DNA from: Nannocystales bacterium
Lineage (GTDB): Bacteria > Myxococcota_A > Polyangia > Nannocystales > Nannocystaceae
Assembly: GCA_050633305.1 (NCBI GenBank)
Contig: JBOEGF010000010.1
Location: 512,001-576,000 of the forward strand
Direction: 5' to 3'
Length of the DNA: 64,000 nucleotides
A program made the position numbers and the translations under genes. The notes beneath the pieces were generated by a model. That model had not been told where the DNA came from, did no database searches, and was given only the letters and a program-made list of their open reading frames with translations. This document shows positions 57,520-64,000 of the stretch, one piece after another; position 1 is the first letter of the stretch, and each line of letters starts with the position of its first letter.

Positions 57520-59700
57520 ATGAGGACCAAAAACCCGACTTCGTCTCGACTCCTCGCAATGGCTGCACTTGCGCTGGCCCTTCCTTTGGTCGCGCTCAGC
57601 ACCGATGCTGCGGCGGAGGACCTCGCCTCGATTCCCGACACATCGAGCATCATCGGTGGTGGACCCGTTGCGTCCTGTGAGTGGCCGTCCACCGTGTTCC
57701 TCGAGAACTGCACGGGCACGCTGATCCACCCGGAGATCGTCGTGTACGCGGCGCATTGCGGGGAAGCGGAGCGCGTGTGGTTCGCGGAGTCGGTGGCCGA
57801 CGGAACACCGACGCCGCCCGAGGGCTTCTCGGTCGACACGGAGTACTGTTGGACCAACCCCGCCTGGTTGACGACGCAGGACATCGGCCCCAGCCGGGCA
57901 GCGGACTACGCGTTCTGTAAGCTCGCCCAGCCGGTCGAAGATGTTCCGATCGTCCCCGCGCTGGCCGGCTGCGAGACCACGGTCCTCACCTCTGAAACGC
58001 CGGTCACCCTGGTCGGCTTTGGCGGCACAGACCAAGAGACCTTTGGCGTGAAGTTCACCGTGGACACCGTGCTTCACTACATCGACCAGTGGGGCGTTGC
58101 GGTGATCGGTGGTGGAGGACAGAGCCCGTGCGCGGGGGATTCGGGCGGACCGGCGTTCGTTCAGATGCCCGATGGTACGTGGCGGGCGTTCGGAATCGTC
58201 AGCGGTCCGAACCAAGGAAACTGTGGTGATGCGATGTGGTTCCCCACCATCCACAGCGCCATCCCCGACATCGAACGCATCAGCGGAATCGACGTGACGC
58301 CATGTCATCACGGCGGCGATGGACAGTGGAATCCCAGCCCGGCGTGCCGCGACTTCCCCCTCGAACCGAACGTCGGCGTAGGCAAGTCGTGGTCGGAGGG
58401 ATGTGGTGGGGGTCCGAGCATCGAATGGAACACCACGTGCGGCGATGCGTACGACGCCAGCGAAGACCTGGTCGCGCCCAGCGGCGCGATCACACAGCCC
58501 GAGGACCGTGAACGGATCGACATTCCGGATGGGGCGAGGACGGCGTCTGCGTTGATCGTCGCTGAAGCGACCGATGCGGTCAGCGGCGTCTCGTGGGTGG
58601 AGTTGATCGTCAACGGTGAGGACATCGCGGGGTCTCGCCTTGTCGGTTCCCCCTGGGAATGGGAGGTCGAGCTCCCACCGGGCGTGTTGGAGATCCAAGC
58701 GCGTGTCGGGGACTGGGCGGGAAACGAGAGCGAAACGGCCGCCGTCGTGATCGGCGTCGATGTGGATCCTCCGCCTGCGCCTGAAGGCGGGTCTTCATCC
58801 GGGGGGGACGACACAGGGGCCGACGGTTCGGGCACGGGAAGCTCGACCGGGGTTGGGGCGACGTCGACAGGTTCCGACGCCGGGACCTCGTCTGCAGGAG
58901 GCGGCACGTCGGACGGGGACGACACGGACACGGGCGGATCTTCGGCCGGGTCCTCGGCGGGAGACGACGGCTGCGGCTGTCGCTCGAGCTCGGGCGGGGA
59001 TGCCACTTGGCTGTTCGTGTTCGGGCTGGTCGGACTGATGCGGAGACGTCGTCGCTCGAAGCGGTCGGCTCGCGTGGCGGCGGCTTTGCTGGGCTTGGGC
59101 CTGTCCGGGGGCTGCGACGGTGGCTCGGCGTCGGACCCCGAAGACCCCGACGATTCCTCCACGACAAGTGTGCCCACCGCGACGGGCACGGGCGCGCCGG
59201 GGTCCAGCTCGGGCAGCGACTCGACCAGCTCCACGTCGTCCTCGTCAAGCGGCGACGAGTCTCCGAGTTCGACGACGACCGGACCGTCCTGCGACGCAGG
59301 CACGCTCGACTGCGTGTGCACGCCCGAGTTCACCTGCAACGAGGGCTTGGCGTGCTCGCTCAACACGTGTGTCGAATGCGAAGCGGGGGCGATCTCGTGC
59401 CCTTGCAGCGCTGAGGACGGCGAGGCTGGAGTCTGTGATGAGGGGCTGCTGTGTTTCGGCGGGTTGTGTTCATCGCCGCAGCCGTGCCCTTTCGTCGAGA
59501 ACAACTCCTGCGACGAACCCGAAGGCTCCGACATCTGTTTTGAGGGGACGGATGTGTTCGACTGTTGCGCCACCGAGCCCGGCGTGTGCGAGGAGATGAG
59601 CCAGGGTGGTCGGTGTCCCGATGGCTCGGATCCCGACGATTGCGACTCCGGGACAGGGTCGACCGGTGGAACGGGCGACTCGACGGGGGACCCGGAGTAG
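57520..59700 (+). CDS. Trypsin-like S1 protease + Ig-like domain + internal MYXO-CTERM, fused in frame to a Cys-rich lipoprotein
   Basis: YAAHC, ADYAFC, GDSGGP; GCGC-TM-RRRRR at 58969-59055; then a second signal peptide ending in LSGGC. Confidence 0.85.
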   Translation: MRTKNPTSSRLLAMAALALALPLVALSTDAAAEDLASIPDTSSIIGGGPVASCEWPSTVFLENCTGTLIHPEIVVYAAHCGEAERVWFAESVADGTPTPPEGFSVDTEYCWTNPAWLTTQDIGPSRAADYAFCKLAQPVEDVPIVPALAGCETTVLTSETPVTLVGFGGTDQETFGVKFTVDTVLHYIDQWGVAVIGGGGQSPCAGDSGGPAFVQMPDGTWRAFGIVSGPNQGNCGDAMWFPTIHSAIPDIERISGIDVTPCHHGGDGQWNPSPACRDFPLEPNVGVGKSWSEGCGGGPSIEWNTTCGDAYDASEDLVAPSGAITQPEDRERIDIPDGARTASALIVAEATDAVSGVSWVELIVNGEDIAGSRLVGSPWEWEVELPPGVLEIQARVGDWAGNESETAAVVIGVDVDPPPAPEGGSSSGGDDTGADGSGTGSSTGVGATSTGSDAGTSSAGGGTSDGDDTDTGGSSAGSSAGDDGCGCRSSSGGDATWLFVFGLVGLMRRRRRSKRSARVAAALLGLGLSGGCDGGSASDPEDPDDSSTTSVPTATGTGAPGSSSGSDSTSSTSSSSSGDESPSSTTTGPSCDAGTLDCVCTPEFTCNEGLACSLNTCVECEAGAISCPCSAEDGEAGVCDEGLLCFGGLCSSPQPCPFVENNSCDEPEGSDICFEGTDVFDCCATEPGVCEEMSQGGRCPDGSDPDDCDSGTGSTGGTGDSTGDPE

Positions 59701-59720
59701 GCAAGCTGTTCGGCCTCACA

Positions 59721-60074
59721 ATGACCCCCCGCATCTGCAACCTCGCGGGGATTGTCGCCTGGCGGGTCTCCACCTGAGCCTGGTCCGTGCTGGCAGTCGG
59801 AGCGGGTGGGCTGGGTTGTGATCAAGCCGCGGCGCGGTTCAAGGGCGACCTTTCGCCGAGCACGTATCCGTACTCGCTCTCGTTCATTCAGCCGGACCAA
59901 CATGCCGCCAAGAAGTCTCCACGTCCTCCGATGGCGGCGCCCTTGATGGGGGCCGAGGTCATGATCGACGGCAAGCGACTCGCGTGACTCAACCCCAACG
60001 ACGACCAATGGCACGTCGGATTGCCCCGCACTCGGATGGACTTCGATGCGCTACGCCGAAGCTGGGGCCGATGA
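59721..60074 (+). pseudogene. Possible decayed lipoprotein gene
   Basis: One frame from ATG 59721 with TGA stops at 59775 and 59985; contains VLAVGAGGLGC. Confidence 0.25.
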
Positions 60075-60166
60075 ACCGTTGGGAGGTCTAAACCGGTGAC
60101 GCTGTTCGGCTACGGCCAGGAGCGCCGCGGGTTCGCCGAGGACGACGCTGGTCATACTTCAGTCTC

Positions 60167-61252
60167 TCAGTCTCCTTCAGGGTTGCAGCGTAGCCGGGCC
60201 CGCTCGCCCAGGACGAGGCTGGTATAGCGGCTCTTCGGGAACTCGCGCAGGTATGCACGCCAGTGGGCACACGCAGCCTCGGTCCCGCGGCTGCGCTCGA
60301 TGAGTTCGCCAAGCTCGAACGACAGCACTGCGCGATCGCGTCGGCGTAGTGATGGCAGGGCACGGGTGATGACACGAGTAGCCTCGGAGAACTCGCCCGC
60401 GCCTCGCAGGGCCTCGACGCGCCTCACGACACTATCGACGTCTGGCTTATGGCCGCGACGCTTGGCGGGCTGCGGCGAGGACGCCGCCTCCGGCGACGAA
60501 CTCGTACCGGTATCAGAGGCGGTCTCGAGTCGAAAACCGCTGGCCTCCCGCACCCAATGAAGCGTCTCGCCAGCGACAACTTGGCGCTGGTGGTCGCTTG
60601 CCGTGACAACCAGCTGGACATGCCCTTCGTGCATTTCGAGGGTCCCGCGATCGATATCCTGTGCGAGCGAAAAACGTGTGCCGGTCACCTGGATGGCAAC
60701 CGCTGGCGTCTGCACGACGAACGGTCGCTCACCTGCGACACGGGGGGCGACGTTGAAATCCGCCGCGCCCGCGGCCAACTCGACGCGGGCCCCGTTCCCG
60801 CGCAGCGTCGCGGCATCGACCACCTGGACCTGCACGCCGCCCCCTGACAGGACGCAAGGCCCGGCCACGGTCACGAGTTCCGTAGTGTTGATCGTCGTAG
60901 CGTCGCAGCCCGTTCCGCGAGCGGCGAGGGCAGAGGTCTCGACTGGCGGGCGAGCCGCCGTAGTAGGCTCTTTCTTCCGAGGGGGTGCGATGGCTACGGG
61001 CTCAGCCTCCATCGGGCCCGTAGCCGCCCGCGTCGCCACCGGGGCCTGCGGAGATTGCAGCGCAACCACGCCTACGACCGCGACCAGGGCTCCTGCCACG
61101 AACGCGACCTTGGGCCCGATATGGCGCCGGGTGGGTGTCGCAGAAGCTTCTGCGCGCTCCCGCAACCGACGACGCATCCGCAAGAAGCGAGCGTGGGGGA
61201 CCGCGTCCTTCATCGCGCGGGCCTCTTCACTCGGGAACGGGTTTTCAACCAT
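60167..61252 (-). CDS. FecR-like anti-sigma factor with C-terminal TPR-like helices
   Basis: TM helix; PFVVQTP..IQVTGTRF; EGHV; WRAYLREFP. Confidence 0.82.
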   Translation of the reverse strand: MVENPFPSEEARAMKDAVPHARFLRMRRRLRERAEASATPTRRHIGPKVAFVAGALVAVVGVVALQSPQAPVATRAATGPMEAEPVAIAPPRKKEPTTAARPPVETSALAARGTGCDATTINTTELVTVAGPCVLSGGGVQVQVVDAATLRGNGARVELAAGAADFNVAPRVAGERPFVVQTPAVAIQVTGTRFSLAQDIDRGTLEMHEGHVQLVVTASDHQRQVVAGETLHWVREASGFRLETASDTGTSSSPEAASSPQPAKRRGHKPDVDSVVRRVEALRGAGEFSEATRVITRALPSLRRRDRAVLSFELGELIERSRGTEAACAHWRAYLREFPKSRYTSLVLGERARLRCNPEGD

Positions 61253-61808
61253 TGTCGTCCTCCAGTTGGGCAAGCGCACGGACTCGCTCCTGTGCACGCC
61301 GCAGGAGCTTGGACACGTAGCCCTCAGAGTAACCTAGGGTTTTGGCGATCGCCGTCTGCGACTGGTCTTCGAAGTAGCGCAGGGCGAACACGGCCCGCTG
61401 TTTGGAGGGGAGCTGTTTCGCTGCCGCCCAAACCCTTCGTAGCTTGTCGCTCACGTCGAGCTCGAGCTCCGGCTGTGGCTCCGCGGGTTGCTCGCGCAAG
61501 AGCCACCGTACCCATGGCGAATGCCGGACCCGGTGGCGGCGCTGTTGAGAGATACAGCGATTGATCGTCACACGGCGCAGCCATGGCCAAGGATCACATC
61601 CTTCGGATAGCTCGCCGATGCGAGCCAGCAGCGTGAAGAAAGCGTCTTGAGTGACATCCTCCGCCCAGGCGTGGTCGCCCCCGCCGAAGTTCAGTGCGAG
61701 CGCATACACACGCCGGTGGTGCTCAACGTACAACGCGTCGACCCGCTCTGTGAGCGTGGCCTCGCGCGCCTGCGCGTCGTGTTGGAGCTGGTGGGTACCC
61801 ACGATCAT
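61245..61808 (-). CDS. ECF sigma factor
   Basis: AEDVTQDAF, WLRRVTIN, LPSKQRAVFALRY, IAKTLG. Confidence 0.9.
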   Translation of the reverse strand: MIVGTHQLQHDAQAREATLTERVDALYVEHHRRVYALALNFGGGDHAWAEDVTQDAFFTLLARIGELSEGCDPWPWLRRVTINRCISQQRRHRVRHSPWVRWLLREQPAEPQPELELDVSDKLRRVWAAAKQLPSKQRAVFALRYFEDQSQTAIAKTLGYSEGYVSKLLRRAQERVRALAQLEDDNG

Positions 61809-63082
61809 TGGCGCCTCCCGATCCACCGAACACCCGCATAAACGACGGTTGTGGACGTCCCACGTTCACCGGCGGAGACGCCATCGACTTCGTGCAGCCA
61901 GCCGCGGCCCACGAAGTGCTGACGCACGCCGAGTTCGAGGCCCAGACCGGCGCCGATGCGAACGGAGCTTGCGAGCGCAGCCGCGGCGAGCCATGTCGTA
62001 TCGCCGAGACGGGTACGCCCACGTTCAAACTTGTAGGTGTGCATTCGAGCTCCGCCAGCGCCTGCGAACCGCAGCGACCAGCGTCCGCTGAGCGGAAGTT
62101 TGTAGCCGAGACTCACAGCAGCATCTGTGTCGACAGCAACGACGCCACGTCGTAGACGGGCTGGTATCACCGCCACGTCGGCTGCTGCGAAGATTCCGGG
62201 AGCGAACTCGACGCCGACGCTGACGAGCGCGACCGGATCGACACGGCCGCGACGAAACGACGGCCCTCCAGCAGCGAGCGCGTGCAGCATCGCCGGGGGC
62301 GGACGCTCGGGTCTCGGGGGCTCGGATTCCGGAACCTCGGGCTGCGGCGCGACGATGGCGGGTCTGTCGTCGGGGGGCGTGGGTTGGGGCGGCGAGGGTT
62401 CCACGGGGACGGCGGGCTCGTTCGGTTCGCGGGTCAACGCGAGCGCGGCCCCGACTGCTTGGTCCGTCGACTCGTCCGTGATTGGTTGCCCACCCGCGAC
62501 TGGGATCCGCACCTCGTCGCCACAATCTGGGCCATACCCGACGATCAGTGTCTCGGCATCGCGCCGTAGACAGACCTGCATCGGCCCGTGGTCATGAGCG
62601 GCGGTCAATGAACGTCCGCTCCGCGCTAGCCCCGCGACCCATCGCCGAGCCCACTTCGTGTCGCGGTGGCCCTGGGTTCGCACGCCGATCGCGGCCTCCC
62701 TGCATGCGGGTCCGTGCACGACCGAGGGCGCGGCGGTGCGTATGCCGGACTCGACACGGTGCACGGCCTCGAGGGCCGCGATTGCTCCGCTTCCACGGAC
62801 GGTGTGCCCGTTCACGGTGCTCCCATCGGTGATCTCCAGGTTTATCTCGTGCGGGCCCACGGTGATGTCGACCACAACGTCCGCGGCGCCAGTGGTCAGA
62901 CAACCGCCCAACTCGAGAACACGCACGGCTGTCGCACCGCGCAACAGCTCGATACGCTCGCGGGGCCGGTCACCGTGGATGTCCAGACGGACTGCGGGAC
63001 CCGCGACTTCCGGGCGCGGTGGAGCCGCCGCACCTGAGGATGGTGCGGCGGGTCCAAGGGATGCGACAATGCTCGCGATCAT
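61805..63082 (-). CDS. Hypothetical protein with Pro-rich linker and C-terminal beta-barrel-like region
   Basis: Coupled to the ECF gene by ATGA; alternating beta-strands at the C-terminus. Confidence 0.65.
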   Translation of the reverse strand: MIASIVASLGPAAPSSGAAAPPRPEVAGPAVRLDIHGDRPRERIELLRGATAVRVLELGGCLTTGAADVVVDITVGPHEINLEITDGSTVNGHTVRGSGAIAALEAVHRVESGIRTAAPSVVHGPACREAAIGVRTQGHRDTKWARRWVAGLARSGRSLTAAHDHGPMQVCLRRDAETLIVGYGPDCGDEVRIPVAGGQPITDESTDQAVGAALALTREPNEPAVPVEPSPPQPTPPDDRPAIVAPQPEVPESEPPRPERPPPAMLHALAAGGPSFRRGRVDPVALVSVGVEFAPGIFAAADVAVIPARLRRGVVAVDTDAAVSLGYKLPLSGRWSLRFAGAGGARMHTYKFERGRTRLGDTTWLAAAALASSVRIGAGLGLELGVRQHFVGRGWLHEVDGVSAGERGTSTTVVYAGVRWIGRRQ

Positions 63083-63193
63083 GGGTGCCAACGTGGCCAA
63101 GTGGACGGACTGCTCCTCACTACGCGCGACGACTGTGGATCTTGCCTCTTCGTCGCGAGGAAAGTTCGCGCGCGCTGTCGCGTAGTGTCCCCC

Positions 63194-63757
63194 ATGATGG
63201 TTCGCTGGGACGGATTGGCGGCCTGTGTGCTGTGCGCGTGTAGCGGGTCCCCTTCCGTCTATCGCAGCAGCGACGACGCCGGCGGCAGTGAAATGTCGTC
63301 GACCGGACGGGGCAGCCATAGTACCGGAGGCGATGGAACGTCGTCGACTGACGGGGGCAGCGGCGACGTCGGGGACAGTGAAACGTCGTCGACCGCCGTG
63401 CTGCGACCCCGCGAGCTCGTTCGTCGGATCGACGGCCGCATGCCCGAGCTCGTGACCGGCGGGTGTGTTGGGATCGGCGAGGGCGACGGCGGAGGAGTCT
63501 ACGTGGGCTCGGAGTTCGTCGTCGCCGAGGACCGTGTTGTCTTCCGCTACTTTATCGCTTCGCCCGATGCGTCAGCCGATCTGGTCACGCCCGACAACGG
63601 CGAACTGGTGGCCGAGATCGACATGAGCACCGAGTCCTTGTGGGCGGGCGACGTCGGCTACGCCAGTTTCATGGACCACGACGACGCGCACTTTGAAGCG
63701 TTCGTTTGGGCCGATGACTGCGCCGAGGTGTTCGTGGAGCCCCCCGACGCACCCTGA
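63194..63757 (+). CDS. Hypothetical lipoprotein
   Basis: LCAC lipobox and Ser/Gly/Thr linker. Confidence 0.7.
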   Translation: MMVRWDGLAACVLCACSGSPSVYRSSDDAGGSEMSSTGRGSHSTGGDGTSSTDGGSGDVGDSETSSTAVLRPRELVRRIDGRMPELVTGGCVGIGEGDGGGVYVGSEFVVAEDRVVFRYFIASPDASADLVTPDNGELVAEIDMSTESLWAGDVGYASFMDHDDAHFEAFVWADDCAEVFVEPPDAP

Positions 63758-63806
63758 AGAGGGCCCGCGAGGAAAGAACCGCTCGCCTCCCGCGTAGAGG
63801 GCTGCG

Positions 63807-64000
63807 ATGTTGACTTGGTCAGTTCAGCGGTTTCTCTGCTTCTCCTGTTCGGCCCGCCGAGCGCACGAAACCAAAGCGGGCGAAGGAAACGGACGCAACG
63901 CATTCGTCGCGGCTTCGTTGTTCGCCGCGGCACTGCTGTCGCTCAGTGGCTGCTACGCAGATCCGGACCCGACGGACGACGGGCTTCTCGGAGAACGGTC
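63807..64000 (+). CDS. Lipoprotein, 3' partial
   Basis: Open frame with FAAALLSLSGC running off the end of the window; start uncertain. Confidence 0.45.
   Translation, partial: MLTWSVQRFLCFSCSARRAHETKAGEGNGRNAFVAASLFAAALLSLSGCYADPDPTDDGLLGER

Noticed and set aside
59775..59987. In-frame TGA codons as selenocysteine or readthrough
   Set aside because: No redox motif or evident SECIS; a decayed gene or chance is more likely

Overview
High-GC, gene-dense chromosomal window from a myxobacterium, probably Nannocystaceae-like. This assignment rests on four MYXO-CTERM proteins, many Thr/Ser/Gly-linker lipoproteins, DUF1552/DUF1592-type pairs, Ser/Thr kinases and a sigma32-like factor. About 58 CDS were called. 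No rRNA, tRNA, CRISPR array or mobile element was recognised. Main points: (1) a ~11 kb island (40.7-51.7 kb) with four Fur-box-like sites. It encodes a poly-Asp/poly-Glu lipoprotein, an orphan CysJ-like diflavin reductase, DUF4266/DUF2271/DUF3570/TlpA-like proteins, two c-type cytochrome-like surface proteins, a di-heme oxidoreductase and an RCC1 lipoprotein. (2) A putative O2-sensing cascade (27.8-36.9 kb): FixL-type heme-PAS kinase, NtrC-like activator, two sigma54 promoters and a recurring CGGCAR-N3-YTGCG site in five intergenic regions. (3) A cfrX-cmpX-sigX-like operon whose sigma domain is fused to a Ser/Thr kinase. (4) A protease ORF with an internal MYXO-CTERM followed directly by a second lipoprotein signal peptide, a possible polyprotein. 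(5) A candidate Cys-His amidase effector/immunity pair. (6) Widespread signatures of leaderless transcription. All domain calls come from reading motifs by eye; no database search was run.
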